53,049 bases of DNA, taken from positions 55,537 to 108,585 of the forward strand of contig CAZKKF010000001.1 of NCBI GenBank assembly GCA_964553285.1, read 5' to 3'. Positions 30,730-41,328 of this stretch are shown here, one piece after another. Position numbers and translations under genes: made by a program. The DNA is from an uncultured Candidatus Saccharibacteria bacterium (GTDB taxonomy: Bacteria; Patescibacteriota; Minisyncoccia; Phycocordibacterales; Zambryskibacteraceae). Below the pieces are notes generated by a model. It was not told the origin of the DNA, searched no databases, and was given only the letters and a program-made list of their open reading frames with translations. Position 1 is the stretch's first letter. The number at the start of each line of letters is the position of its first letter.

Positions 30730-32664
30730 TTATTCCACCAACAGAAAATCAAGCTGTCGGCGTTCAACGTCTGCAGACAGGAGTTTTACTTTCACCTTGT
30801 CTCCAAGCGAGTACTTCTTTCCTGTGGTTTTGCCTACGACAGCATAGTTTTTTTCATCCAAGGCGAAAAAGTCTCCCTGTATGTTTTTGAGGCGCACCAT
30901 GCCATCGGCCTTGCTTTCCTCTTCTTCCACATAAAGGCCCCATTCAGATACTCCGGAAATAATGCCGTTGAGTTCTTCTCCAACTCTGCCCGACAGGAAT
31001 TCAACCTGCTTCATCTTGATAGAGCTTCTCTCCGCCTCGGATGCTCTTACTTCTTTGTCCGAAGCCTCTTCGCACATGGCTTGGTACACGTTTACGTCCT
31101 CTTCTTTGATGGAGCCCGTATCAAGGAATTTGCCAAGCAGGCGGTGCACCATGAGGTCAGGATATCTTCTGATAGGGGAAGTGAAGTGTGTGTAGTATGC
31201 AAAGGCCAGTCCGAAGTGCCCGATGTTCTTTGTGGAGTACACAGCCTTGCTCATTGACCTGATAGCGGCGGTTTTTACCAGGGATTCCGCCGTGCTTCCT
31301 TCCACGTCTTTCATGATGGCGTTCAGCTTGTCTGCGGTTATTTCGCCGTCTTCGTGCTCAAGGTTGTAGCCCAGAGCTTTCAGGAAGATTGAGAGATTCA
31401 TTATTTTTTCGCGGTTTGGAACCTCGTGTATTCTGTATACGAATACGCCCTTGTTGCCGCCGTCTTTGATGCGCACGTTCATAAAAGTCGCCACTTCGCG
31501 GTTGGCAAGAAGCATGAAATCCTCAACCAGCTTGTGTGTGTCTTTGCGCTCTTTTTTGTATACCTTGATGGGCCTTCCTTTGTCGTCCAATTCAAACTTG
31601 ATTTCCTCCGTCTCAAACTCTATGGCTCCATTTCTGAACTTCTCCTTTCTAAGCTCATAGGCGATTTGGTTTAGGGTATTTAATTCCTCAAACAAAAGCC
31701 CTTCTTTGCGGTCAAGTATTTCCTGGGCTTCCTCATAAGAGAATCTCTTGTCCGAATGAATCAATGTTTTGCCAAACCACCTGTCTTTTATTTCGCCTCC
31801 GGCGTTGATTGTAAAGACTGCAGCAAAGGCGTATTTGTCTTCGTTTGGGTTAAGCGAACAGAGGTCGTTTGAAAGTATCTCCGGAAGCATGGGGATGGTT
31901 CTGTCCACCAGGTATATGGAAGTGCCTCTCTTGCGGGCCTCTTTGTCCAGATTGTCTCCTTCGGTTACGAAGTGCGATACGTCCGCTATGTGTATGCCGA
32001 TCTCCCATTCATCGGATCCCAGCTTCTTTATGGAAATAGCATCATCAAAATCCTTGGCATCCACAGGGTCTATGGTGAAGGTGGTAACGTCGCGCATGTC
32101 GCGGCGATTTTTTGTTTTGTCTTCCTCCGTGTATCGCTTTTTCCAGTCCTGGGCCTCTTTCTCAACTTCCTTGGGGAAATCGGTATCAAAGCCCTGCTCA
32201 AGGACAATCGCCGCCATCTCCACGTTGTGTTCGCCGCTCTTGCCTATGACTTTGACTACTTCTCCTTCGGGGCTTTTTAGCGGATCTTTCCAGCTAAGTA
32301 TTTGCACCTGCACTTTATCGCCGTCTTTTCCGCCGGAAGATTTGGAAGGATGGATGAATATATCCTTGTACATCCTCTTGTCATCGGCAACAAGAAAGAA
32401 GTAGCTCTCGGTTTTTGCCTGCCTCAAGGTGCCTACAAACTTCTCTTTTGCCCGTTTGACTATGCGCACCACCTGGGCCTGGCGCTTGCCCCAGGGGGAT
32501 ATGGTGCCCAAAGGGGCTATCTCCACGGTATCTCCGTGGAGGGCTGTGCCGGCGTTTAACGGCTCTATTTCGTAGTCTCCTTCCTCGTCTTCGGTTCTAA
32601 AGTAGCCTACGCCGCGGCCGGTCATGACTACGGGGCCTGTCAGGAGGTTGTCGTTTTCTTTCAT
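30730..32664 (-). CDS. rnr: ribonuclease R / RNase II-family exoribonuclease
   Basis: 644 aa with N-terminal cold-shock/OB-like domains, an RNB catalytic domain (TIDPVDAKDFDDAIS, HFGLAFAYYTHFTSPIRRYPD) and a C-terminal S1 domain. Confidence 0.9.
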   Translation of the reverse strand: MKENDNLLTGPVVMTGRGVGYFRTEDEEGDYEIEPLNAGTALHGDTVEIAPLGTISPWGKRQAQVVRIVKRAKEKFVGTLRQAKTESYFFLVADDKRMYKDIFIHPSKSSGGKDGDKVQVQILSWKDPLKSPEGEVVKVIGKSGEHNVEMAAIVLEQGFDTDFPKEVEKEAQDWKKRYTEEDKTKNRRDMRDVTTFTIDPVDAKDFDDAISIKKLGSDEWEIGIHIADVSHFVTEGDNLDKEARKRGTSIYLVDRTIPMLPEILSNDLCSLNPNEDKYAFAAVFTINAGGEIKDRWFGKTLIHSDKRFSYEEAQEILDRKEGLLFEELNTLNQIAYELRKEKFRNGAIEFETEEIKFELDDKGRPIKVYKKERKDTHKLVEDFMLLANREVATFMNVRIKDGGNKGVFVYRIHEVPNREKIMNLSIFLKALGYNLEHEDGEITADKLNAIMKDVEGSTAESLVKTAAIRSMSKAVYSTKNIGHFGLAFAYYTHFTSPIRRYPDLMVHRLLGKFLDTGSIKEEDVNVYQAMCEEASDKEVRASEAERSSIKMKQVEFLSGRVGEELNGIISGVSEWGLYVEEEESKADGMVRLKNIQGDFFALDEKNYAVVGKTTGKKYSLGDKVKVKLLSADVERRQLDFLLVE

Positions 32665-32745
32665 TGATAGGGAACACTATACATCATGGCGGGGTTGCTT
32701 TCTACACCCCGCTTGTCCCTCATTGCTTGCCTTTGACTGTAAATG

Positions 32746-32754
32746 TGTTAGTAT
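32746..32754 (+). promoter_or_regulatory. extended -10 promoter (TGTTAGTAT) for rpsP
   Basis: TGTTAGTAT lies 7 nt before ATG 32762. Confidence 0.5.
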
Positions 32755-32761
32755 GCCCGCC

Positions 32762-33154
32762 ATGCTTATGATAAGACTTCAGAGGGTGGGCAGAAAACAC
32801 GAGCCGGCTTTTAGGCTTGTTTTGACCGACCGCCGAAACTCCACCAAGAGCGGCAAATATCTGGCCATGCTTGGTTCCTATGACCCGCGCAAGAAAAATG
32901 AGCAGTTTGATGCAGATGCCATAAAAGACTGGATTTCCAAGGGTGCAAAGCTTTCCGTTACCGCCCACAACCTGCTTGTCGCCAACAAGATAATAGAAGG
33001 CAAGAAGATAAACGCTTTGCCCAAGAAGACCGTTGAAAAGAAAGAAGAGCCAGTTGCAGGGGAACCGGCCGCACCTCAAGCCGCCGCAGAAAGCGCTCCT
33101 GAAGACACAGTACCCCAGGCGGAAGCCGGTGCCGAGGAAACCCCTGCCGCCTAG
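32762..33154 (+). CDS. rpsP: 30S ribosomal protein S16 with Ala/Glu/Pro-rich C-terminal extension
   Basis: MLMIRLQRVGRKHEPAFRLVLTD...GSYDP is canonical S16. Start chosen at 32762 because of the promoter geometry; 32753 and 32768 are alternatives. Confidence 0.88.
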   Translation: MLMIRLQRVGRKHEPAFRLVLTDRRNSTKSGKYLAMLGSYDPRKKNEQFDADAIKDWISKGAKLSVTAHNLLVANKIIEGKKINALPKKTVEKKEEPVAGEPAAPQAAAESAPEDTVPQAEAGAEETPAA

Positions 33155-33166
33155 GCAGGTTTTTTC
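33143..33166 (+). terminator. terminator-like hairpin spanning the rpsP stop
   Basis: cctgcc gccta ggcagg followed by ttttttc. The stop codon lies in the loop. Confidence 0.5.
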
Positions 33167-33221
33167 TTTGTGGTAAACTTAAAAGACGCAGTCGTATATT
33201 TTATTTCTTAGCGGCAAAACA

Positions 33222-33536
33222 ATGGTGGAAAAAGATCAGGAATTTCTGGAGTCTATCGTGAAGGCCTTGGTGGATCATCCGGAGGCGGTGAAGATAGCGA
33301 GGACTGTTGATGAGATGGGCGTCTTGATGACGCTTGACGTTCATCCGGACGACATGGGCAAAATTATCGGCAGGGAAGGCCAGACAGCCAAGGCCATACG
33401 CATCCTTTTGAGGATTGTGGGCATGAAGAACAATGCCAGAGTAAACCTCAAGATCAACGAACCTCAGGGCGGCTTGCGCCGGCCGGTGGAGATGAAGGAC
33501 GTAGACCAGGCCTTGGAAGATTTGAAGTTGGACTAG
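33222..33536 (+). CDS. KH-domain RNA-binding protein (YlqC/UPF0109 type)
   Basis: DDMGKIIGREGQTAKAIRILL contains the GxxG KH motif. The gene sits in the usual position between rpsP and trmD. Confidence 0.8.
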   Translation: MVEKDQEFLESIVKALVDHPEAVKIARTVDEMGVLMTLDVHPDDMGKIIGREGQTAKAIRILLRIVGMKNNARVNLKINEPQGGLRRPVEMKDVDQALEDLKLD

Positions 33537-33564
33537 TCCCGCAGGGCGACTTTCCAGGTAAATC

Positions 33565-34218
33565 ATGAATTTTCATTTTGTTACGCTTTTTCCTTCCGCC
33601 TTTAAGTCTTATTTGGGGGAATCAATAGTCTCCAGAGCCATCGCTGACGGCAAAATATCCGCCGCTTTTTATAATCCCAGGCACTTCACCAAAGATAAAA
33701 ATCGCCGCATAGACAGAAAGCCTTACGGCGGCGGACCAGGTATGGTCATAGAAGCCTTGCCTGTGGCAAAAGCCGTAGAAAAGGCCGTGAGCCGCAAGCA
33801 AAAAGTTAAAATTATTTTCTTCTCTCCTTCGGGCAAGCAGTTTACAAACGAACACGCCTCGCGCCTTGCCAAAAGCTATAAAAACATAGTCTGTGTCTGC
33901 GGCAGGTATGAAGGCATTGATGCCAGGGTGAAAAAAATGTTCAAGATGGAAGAGTTTTCCGTTGGCCCCTATGTGCTTACGGGAGGGGAGCTGCCGGCGA
34001 TGATCGTCATGGACGCGGTGGCCCGCAGAGTGCCCGGTGTCTTGGGTAAGCTTTCTTCTCTTGAGGAAAACCGCACGGCTTCTCCGGACGTATACACCAG
34101 GCCGGAGGTTATCGCATACAAAGGCAAGAAATATGCCGTGCCGAAGGTATTGCTGTCAGGGCATCACCACAAGATAGACGAGTGGAGAGGGCAAAAAGCC
34201 TCAAAGAAGCACCCATAG
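33565..34218 (+). CDS. trmD: tRNA (guanine37-N1)-methyltransferase
   Basis: FHFVTLFPSAF...YGGGPGMV...GRYEGIDARV...SVGPYVLTGGELPAM are TrmD SPOUT-fold motifs. Confidence 0.92.
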   Translation: MNFHFVTLFPSAFKSYLGESIVSRAIADGKISAAFYNPRHFTKDKNRRIDRKPYGGGPGMVIEALPVAKAVEKAVSRKQKVKIIFFSPSGKQFTNEHASRLAKSYKNIVCVCGRYEGIDARVKKMFKMEEFSVGPYVLTGGELPAMIVMDAVARRVPGVLGKLSSLEENRTASPDVYTRPEVIAYKGKKYAVPKVLLSGHHHKIDEWRGQKASKKHP

Positions 34219-34235
34219 CAGGCGGTATCTGGGGG

Positions 34236-34244
34236 TGTGGATAA
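34236..34244 (-). promoter_or_regulatory. perfect DnaA-box 9-mer (TTATCCACA) abutting the rpoB promoter
   Basis: tgtggataa on the plus strand, 4 nt upstream of the -35 TTGACG. Function unknown. Confidence 0.25.
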
Positions 34245-34248
34245 GGTA

Positions 34249-34276
34249 TTGACGGCTTTTTTGGCCCGTGTATAAT
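34249..34276 (+). promoter_or_regulatory. sigma70-like promoter for rpoB-rpoC-dnaG-rpoD
   Basis: TTGACG (34249-34254), N16, TATAAT (34271-34276). Confidence 0.6.
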
Positions 34277-34375
34277 GACCCTACTTCAGCCTGATTGAGT
34301 ATCGGACGTTGCTGAGATAGAGGGAGGAGCGGCTCCCACCAGGTTTCTAGCAATTATAATCCAATAAATATTAGC

Positions 34376-34413
34376 CACCTTTCCGGAGAAAGACGGAATG
34401 GTGAGTTGTTTTT
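34376..34413 (+). promoter_or_regulatory. terminator-like hairpin in the rpoB leader (possible attenuator)
   Basis: cacctttccg / cggaatggtg form a 10-bp stem with one mismatch and an 8-nt loop. The sequence agttgTTTTTg follows, and the hairpin ends 19 nt before ATG 34432. Confidence 0.4.
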
Positions 34414-34431
34414 GTCTATAAATATCAAAAT

Positions 34432-37400
34432 ATGGCGGAAAAAATAGCGGCTCCAAGACCAAAGAAGTATTTCGGCAAATACAGGAAGCCGATGGTTGAG
34501 GTACCTAATCTGGTAGAAGTCCAGATTAAGTCCTTTGACTGGCTCATAAAAGAGGGAATAAAAGAAGTTTTTGAAGAGTTTAAGTCCATAAAAGATTTTA
34601 CCGGCAAGAAGTTTGAGCTTCAGTTTTTGAAGTTTGAGCTTGAAGAGCCGAGGCATGACGAGTATTGGGCAAAGGACAAGAAAATGTCTTATGAGGCACC
34701 CCTCAAGGCAACCGTCAGGCTAAAGAATCTGGTGCAGGGTACTACCAAGGAACAGGAGGTCTTTATGGCCGATTTTCCGCTTATGACTCCTCACGGTACT
34801 TTCATCGTGTCAGGTATTGAGAGAGTTGTGGTGCCCCAGCTTGCCCGTTCTTACGGAGTATTTTTTACCGCCGAGGATTTTCGCGGCAAGAGGCTTTTTG
34901 GTGCCAAAATTATACCCGTTCGCGGAGCCTGGATAGAATTTGAAACAGACGTGGACGGCGCCGTTCATGTTCGTATAGACAAAAAGAGAAAGTTTCCCGT
35001 TACCACTCTTTTGAGAGCTTTCGGAGCTTCCACCGATGCCGACTTGAGAAACCTCTTCAGCAATAGCAAGGTTGCTCATGAAGCTTTGGAGAAGACCATC
35101 GCCAAAGATCACTCAAAGAACCAGGACGAAGCGTATGTTGAGATACACAAGAGGCTAAGGGACGGCGATCTGGCTACCGTGGAGAACGCAAGAGACTTCT
35201 TCCGTTCCATCTTTGACGTGGAAAGATACGACCTTTCCAAAGTAGGACGCTACAGGTTCAATAATCGCTTCCACAAAAAGACCGCAGGCGACGAGTCCGA
35301 CAGCAGAGTTCTCTCTCTAGATGATCTTGAGACCATAATTTCCCACATTGCTCACCTGGGCAATACTCCGGGTTCCAAAGCGGACGACATAGACCACCTT
35401 GGTTCAAGGCGCGTCAGGGCTGTGGGCGAGCTTTTCCAGCAAAAGATTCGCGTTGGAATGTCCCAGATAAAGCGCAACATACAAAACAGGATGTCTGTGG
35501 TGGATTCCGATGTTACTTTGCCGGTGCAGTTCATTTCTCCGAAGCCCTTGCAGGCCCGCATCAAGGAGTTCTTCACCACCAACCAGCTTGCGCAGTTCAT
35601 GCAGCAGGAAAACACTCTCACCGAGCTTGAGCATTTGCGCAGACTCTCCGCCCTCGGCCCGGGAGGTCTTACCCGTACCAGAGCCGGTCTTGATGTGAGA
35701 GACGTGCATCCTTCTCACTACGGCAGACTTTGCCCCATACAGACTCCGGAAGGCGCAAACATCGGCCTCATTCTCCAGTTGTCTGCATACGCGCGCATCA
35801 ACGACTTTGGAATGATAGAGACTCCGTATGTACGCGTGAACCAGGGCAAGATTTCAGGCGAGATAGATTATCTCAACGCTCAGGAGGAAGAGGAGAAAGT
35901 TATCGCTCACGCCGCCACTCCCGTTGATGAAGACGGCAAAATCCTCTCGGATCATGTGGACGCCCGCCGCAACGGCAAGCCCACATCGGTTTCCAAGAAA
36001 GAAGTGGATTATATGGATGTTGCCACCAACCAGGCTTTCTCCATAGCCACTTCCATGATTCCGTTTTTGAACCACGATGATGCCAGCCGCGCACTGATGG
36101 GATCAAACATGCAGAAGCAGGCTACGCCGTGTCTTGTGCCTGAAGCGCCTTTGGTTGCTACCGGTGTTGAAGAGCAGGCTGCCAGGGATACGGGCCGCGT
36201 TGTTATCGCCGAAGAGGCGGGCACCGTCACAAAACTTGATGGAAAGCATGTAGTGGTAAAGAGTGAAAAAGGCAAGGACAAGGAATACAAACTTGTTTCT
36301 TTCTCAAGAACCAACGGCTTTACCGTTTTCCACCAGAGACCAATCGTCAATGTGGGCGACAAAGTGAAAAAGGGAGATGTGTTGGCAGACACTTCAACTT
36401 CCGACAACGGCCAGATGGCCCTTGGTCAAAATATCAGAGTGGCTTTCATGGTGTGGTCAGGATGGAACTACGAAGACGCCATTATTGTCTCGGAAAGACT
36501 CGTAAGAAACGACAAGTTCGCTTCCATCAACCTTGAAGAGTTCGTGGTAAGCGTGCGCGATACAAAGCTTGGCCCTGAAGAAACCACTTGTGACATACCC
36601 AACGTCGGAGAATCACGCCTGAAAAACCTGGCCGAAGACGGTATTGTGCGAGTTGGTGCCGAGGTAAGGCCTGGAGATATTCTGGTGGGTAAGGTAACTC
36701 CCAAGGGAGAAAGCCAGCTTACGCCTGAAGAGCGTCTTCTAAGATCTCTCTTTGGAGAAAAAGCCAGAGATATTAAAGATACTTCCAAGAGAATGGAAGG
36801 CGGCAAGAGAGGCCGCGTGGTATCCGTGCAGGTTTTCTCCCGCGAAAATGGCGACAAGCTTGAGTCGGGAATCCTGAAGAGGATACACATAGAGGTTGCG
36901 CAAATTCGTCCCATATCAGTGGGCGACAAACTTGCAGGCCGCCACGGCAACAAGGGCGTTATCTCAAGGATTTTGCCCATAGAAGACATGCCTTACAGCG
37001 CAGACGGAGAGCCTATAGACATAATCCTTACTCCGCTTGGCGTGCCGTCCAGAATGAACCTTGGCCAGATACTTGAAATGCACCTTGGTCTTGCGGCAAA
37101 TACTCTAAACTACCAGGCCATCGTGCCTCCTTTTGCCGGCGCTACGGACAAGGAAATCAAGCAGGAGCTGGTAGAAGCCGGTTTCCCTGCAACAGGAAAA
37201 GTAACTTTGTTTGACGGCAGAACGGGAGAGCCTTTCAACCAGGGTATTGCAATCGGCTACATGTATATTCTGAAACTCCATCACATGGTGGAAGACAAGA
37301 TACACATGCGCTCCATCGGTCCGTACTCTCTCATTACCCAGCAGCCTTTGGGAGGTAAAGCTCAGAACGGAGGCCAGCGCTTCGGAGAAATGGAAGTGTG

Positions 37401-37632
37401 GGCACTGCTTGGCCACGGCGCCGCATATACTCTGCGGGAAATGCTTACGGTGAAGTCGGACGACATTACTGGAAGGTCTGCGGCCTTTGACTCAATAGTG
37501 AAAGGCGAGAAGGTCAGGGATCCGAATGTTCCGGCATCTTTCAACGTGCTCCTCAACAACCTGCGCGGATTGGGTCTTGATGTTGTGAAGGGCCAGTCAG
37601 ATTTATCAGGGGAAGAACAGCAGCAGTATTAA
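34432..37632 (+). CDS. rpoB: DNA-directed RNA polymerase beta subunit
   Basis: 1066 aa with canonical motifs throughout (for example GRHGNKGVISRI, NMQRQ-type region, EMEVWAL). Confidence 0.98.
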   Translation: MAEKIAAPRPKKYFGKYRKPMVEVPNLVEVQIKSFDWLIKEGIKEVFEEFKSIKDFTGKKFELQFLKFELEEPRHDEYWAKDKKMSYEAPLKATVRLKNLVQGTTKEQEVFMADFPLMTPHGTFIVSGIERVVVPQLARSYGVFFTAEDFRGKRLFGAKIIPVRGAWIEFETDVDGAVHVRIDKKRKFPVTTLLRAFGASTDADLRNLFSNSKVAHEALEKTIAKDHSKNQDEAYVEIHKRLRDGDLATVENARDFFRSIFDVERYDLSKVGRYRFNNRFHKKTAGDESDSRVLSLDDLETIISHIAHLGNTPGSKADDIDHLGSRRVRAVGELFQQKIRVGMSQIKRNIQNRMSVVDSDVTLPVQFISPKPLQARIKEFFTTNQLAQFMQQENTLTELEHLRRLSALGPGGLTRTRAGLDVRDVHPSHYGRLCPIQTPEGANIGLILQLSAYARINDFGMIETPYVRVNQGKISGEIDYLNAQEEEEKVIAHAATPVDEDGKILSDHVDARRNGKPTSVSKKEVDYMDVATNQAFSIATSMIPFLNHDDASRALMGSNMQKQATPCLVPEAPLVATGVEEQAARDTGRVVIAEEAGTVTKLDGKHVVVKSEKGKDKEYKLVSFSRTNGFTVFHQRPIVNVGDKVKKGDVLADTSTSDNGQMALGQNIRVAFMVWSGWNYEDAIIVSERLVRNDKFASINLEEFVVSVRDTKLGPEETTCDIPNVGESRLKNLAEDGIVRVGAEVRPGDILVGKVTPKGESQLTPEERLLRSLFGEKARDIKDTSKRMEGGKRGRVVSVQVFSRENGDKLESGILKRIHIEVAQIRPISVGDKLAGRHGNKGVISRILPIEDMPYSADGEPIDIILTPLGVPSRMNLGQILEMHLGLAANTLNYQAIVPPFAGATDKEIKQELVEAGFPATGKVTLFDGRTGEPFNQGIAIGYMYILKLHHMVEDKIHMRSIGPYSLITQQPLGGKAQNGGQRFGEMEVWALLGHGAAYTLREMLTVKSDDITGRSAAFDSIVKGEKVRDPNVPASFNVLLNNLRGLGLDVVKGQSDLSGEEQQQY

Positions 37633-37650
37633 TTTTTCACGGAAACCAAC

Positions 37651-40600
37651 ATGAAATACCAAAGAGAATCAACGCTTTCCGATTTTGACGTTCTGACCCT
37701 GAAACTGGCTTCTCCCGATCGCATCAAAGAGTGGTCGTATGGCGAGGTTACAAAACCCGAAACCATCAACTACCGCACCCAGCGCAGCGAGCGCAACGGC
37801 TTGTTTGATGAAAAGATCTTCGGTCCGGACAAAGACTGGGAGTGTTATTGCGGCAAATACCGAGGTATTCGCTACAAGGGCATAGTGTGTGAGAAGTGCG
37901 GAGTGGAGCTGACCAGAAGCATCGTCAGAAGAGAGAGAATGGGACACATCGAGCTTGCCGCTCCCGTCTGTCATATCTGGTTCCTAAAATCCATGCCTTC
38001 CCGCCTGGCTCTCATCATGGGTATTCCCATGGCAGACCTTGAGAAAGTGATTTACTTCGCCGGATACATCATCACCAAGATAAACGACGAAGAGAAAACC
38101 CGCATACTCAAAGACCTGGACTCCGAGTTCAAGGCAAAGGTAAAGGCCCTGGCTGATGAAAAGTCCAAGACCGCTTTGAAAGAGCTTTATGTCAAGACCA
38201 GAAACGACATCGAGTCTTTGACTCCCGGGCGAGTGCTTGATGAAGTGGAATACCACGGCTTTGCCATGAAGTATGCAACTTTGTTTGAGGCCTCTATCGG
38301 TTCGGAGCCGATATTTGAGCTTCTAAAATCTCTTGATCTGGAGCTTATGGCCAAAGAGCTCGAAGCTTCTCTTGAGAAAGCCGGATCTGCAGAGAGTATA
38401 AAGATAGGCAAGCGCTTGTCGCTCATTCGCCAGATGGCTCTTGCCGGTGTAAGACCGGAGTGGATGTTCCTTACCCGCATACCGGTCATGCCTCCGGGCT
38501 TGAGGCCCATGGTGCCGCTTGATGGCGGAAGGTATGCAACCTCCGACGTTAACGACCTGTATCGCCGCGTCATAAACCGCAACAACCGCCTGAGAAAACT
38601 CAAGGAGATATTTGCTCCGGATGTAATCCTGCGCAACGAAAAAAGAATTCTGCAGGAGGCGATAGACGCCCTGATAGACAACTCCATCCGCCACAGCTCT
38701 TCTTCCGGCGCGGTAAATCAATCCCAGAGAAGACCGCTCAAGTCTCTGGCAGACAACCTAAAAGGCAAGAGGGGACTCTTCCGTCAGAACCTTCTCGGTA
38801 AGCGTGTGGACTACTCAGGCCGCTCGGTGATTGTGGTTGGTCCAGAGCTAAACCTGGACCAGTGCGGTTTGCCCAAGCACATGGCTCTTGAGCTATTCAA
38901 GCCGTTTGTCATTTCCCAGCTTATCCGCAAAGAGCTTGCTTACAACATTCGCGGTGCGGGGCGTCTTATAGAAGAGGGAATACCCGAAGTGTGGGCCATT
39001 CTTGAAGACGTTATCAAAAACAAAAGAGTGCTTCTAAACCGCGCGCCCACTCTCCACCGCTTGTCGGTACAGGCTTTCAGGCCGGTGCTCATCGAAGGCA
39101 ATGCTATCCAGGTGCACCCTCTTGTCTGTACGGCTTTCAACGCAGACTTTGACGGCGACCAGATGGCCGTGCACGTGCCTCTATCGGACGAAGCTCAGGC
39201 CGAAGCGGAAGAGATCATGGCTTCAGAGAAAAACATTCTCAAGCCAGGCTCCGGCGATCCCACCGTTACGACAAAACTCCTGGATATTATTCTGGGCGTG
39301 TACTGGATGACCAAGGTTATTCCGGGCGAGAAGGGAGAAGGAAAATATTTCTCAAACCCAAACAGCGCCATTACGGCCTACGAGTTTGGAGATGTGGGCT
39401 TCCGTTCTCTCATCAAGGTAGCCGGTACGGACTCAACAAAGTACAAAGAGTTTGATGGAGTAATCTTTGAGACCACTATCGGCAGGCTCTTCTTCAACAG
39501 CGTCTTGCCGAGCGACTATCCGTTCATCAACGATGAAATAGATCGCAAGGAGATGACCGTCATCTTCGATTCTCTTATGGAAAGATACGGCATAGAAAGT
39601 CTGCCCGGAATCTTGGACAAGATAAAGAACTTCGCATTCCGCTTTGCCACTTCTTCAGGCATCACCTGGGGAATTGACGATGTTACCATACCAGACGGCA
39701 AGGGGGAGATAGTTGCTTTGGCCCGAAAGAAAGCGGACGGAGTGATGGGCGACTTCAACATGGGTCTTATATCCGAATCGGAACGTCTGCAAAAACACGC
39801 CGAGATATGGCAGGGGGCCAAGAGCGGAGTGGAAAAACTTCTGCCCGATACCTTCTCCAACACAGATCCCGTTTACGACATGATCCAGTCCGGTGCCAGA
39901 GGATCCATCGGCAACATCACCCAGATGGCCGGTATGAAGGGTCTTATCACCAACACCCAGGGCGAAACTATCGAGTTCCCGATCGTATCGTGCATGAAAG
40001 AAGGTCTTACTCCCATTGAGTACTTCATCACCACGCACGGATCAAGAAAAGGTCTTGCCGACACGGCGCTAAACACCGCCAAGGCCGGATACCTCACCAG
40101 AAAACTCTTTGACGTGGCTCAGGACGTGGTTATTTCGGAAAATGATTGCGGTGCCAAGCACGGTATCAGCATTTCAACCGAGAGCGCTTCAGGCATAGGA
40201 GTTTCCCTGTCCAAGTCGGTAAAGGGCAGATTCCTCTCGGAAGACGTGTCTTCTCCGGACGGCAAAGTTATGTTCAAGAAAGGCCACTACGTCAGCAAGC
40301 ATGACGCTATTGAGATGGAGAAAGCCGGCATCAAGACCGTGTCTGTCAGATCTCCTATGACATGCGTGGCGGTGCGCGGCATCTGCCGCACCTGCTACGG
40401 AGCAGACCTGGGCAAGAACGAACTCATTGATATAGGCGAGGCAGTCGGCACCATTGCGGCGCAGGCCATCGGCGAGCCGGGTACACAGCTTACCATGCGT
40501 ACTTTCCACGCCGGAGGTGTTGCCTCCGTGGGAGGGGACATCACCCAGGGTCTTCCCAGAGTGGAAGAGCTATTCGAGAACCGCACGCCCAAGAACCCGG

Positions 40601-41316
40601 CTGTGGTTTCTCATGTCGGCGGCGTAGTGTCCGAGATAAAGAAAGAAGAAAACGAGAGAGTGATAGTGCTTCTTCCGGAAGAAAAATCCCGCACCAAGGA
40701 CAAAGTTGAGTATCTCGTGCCTGCTCACAGGGTCATCATGGTCAAGGTGGGTGATTCAATAGAAAAGGGAGACATACTCACGGACGGCTCCGTTGACCCG
40801 GATGAAATATTCAAGTACGGAGGCAAGGAGAAAACCCAGGAGTACCTCATACGCGAGATAAGCAAGGTGTACGAGCTTCAGGGAGAGTCTGTGTCAAGAA
40901 AGCACATGGAAGTGATGCTCAAGCAGATGTTCTCCAGAAGGAAAATCAAAGACTCCGGAAGCACGGACTTCTCCAAGGGTGATGTGGTTGAGCTGGAAGA
41001 GTTCACAACTGAAAACGAGCGCTTCAAGGCAGCAGGCGGCGAAGAAGCCAAGGCAGAAGAACTTCTGCTCGGTATTACGGAGGTGGCTTTGTCCCGAAAG
41101 AGCTTCCTGTCCGCCGCTTCGTTCCAGCACACAACCCGCGTACTCATAGCAAACGCATTGCGTGCAAAACAAGACCACATTCTCGGTCTTAAGGAAAACG
41201 TAATCATAGGAAGGCTCATCCCGGCAGGTACCGGTTTCCCAGGAAGCAGAAAGCAGTTGATGATAGAAAATCTGGAAGCAGGACACAAACAGGAGGCCGC
41301 TGTGGATGAGGAGTAG
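37651..41316 (+). CDS. rpoC: DNA-directed RNA polymerase beta' subunit
   Basis: 1221 aa with a zinc finger ([20 protein letters not shown]), the NADFDGD active site and a trigger-loop region. Confidence 0.98.
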   Translation: MKYQRESTLSDFDVLTLKLASPDRIKEWSYGEVTKPETINYRTQRSERNGLFDEKIFGPDKDWECYCGKYRGIRYKGIVCEKCGVELTRSIVRRERMGHIELAAPVCHIWFLKSMPSRLALIMGIPMADLEKVIYFAGYIITKINDEEKTRILKDLDSEFKAKVKALADEKSKTALKELYVKTRNDIESLTPGRVLDEVEYHGFAMKYATLFEASIGSEPIFELLKSLDLELMAKELEASLEKAGSAESIKIGKRLSLIRQMALAGVRPEWMFLTRIPVMPPGLRPMVPLDGGRYATSDVNDLYRRVINRNNRLRKLKEIFAPDVILRNEKRILQEAIDALIDNSIRHSSSSGAVNQSQRRPLKSLADNLKGKRGLFRQNLLGKRVDYSGRSVIVVGPELNLDQCGLPKHMALELFKPFVISQLIRKELAYNIRGAGRLIEEGIPEVWAILEDVIKNKRVLLNRAPTLHRLSVQAFRPVLIEGNAIQVHPLVCTAFNADFDGDQMAVHVPLSDEAQAEAEEIMASEKNILKPGSGDPTVTTKLLDIILGVYWMTKVIPGEKGEGKYFSNPNSAITAYEFGDVGFRSLIKVAGTDSTKYKEFDGVIFETTIGRLFFNSVLPSDYPFINDEIDRKEMTVIFDSLMERYGIESLPGILDKIKNFAFRFATSSGITWGIDDVTIPDGKGEIVALARKKADGVMGDFNMGLISESERLQKHAEIWQGAKSGVEKLLPDTFSNTDPVYDMIQSGARGSIGNITQMAGMKGLITNTQGETIEFPIVSCMKEGLTPIEYFITTHGSRKGLADTALNTAKAGYLTRKLFDVAQDVVISENDCGAKHGISISTESASGIGVSLSKSVKGRFLSEDVSSPDGKVMFKKGHYVSKHDAIEMEKAGIKTVSVRSPMTCVAVRGICRTCYGADLGKNELIDIGEAVGTIAAQAIGEPGTQLTMRTFHAGGVASVGGDITQGLPRVEELFENRTPKNPAVVSHVGGVVSEIKKEENERVIVLLPEEKSRTKDKVEYLVPAHRVIMVKVGDSIEKGDILTDGSVDPDEIFKYGGKEKTQEYLIREISKVYELQGESVSRKHMEVMLKQMFSRRKIKDSGSTDFSKGDVVELEEFTTENERFKAAGGEEAKAEELLLGITEVALSRKSFLSAASFQHTTRVLIANALRAKQDHILGLKENVIIGRLIPAGTGFPGSRKQLMIENLEAGHKQEAAVDEE

Positions 41317-41328
41317 AAACTCCCAACC

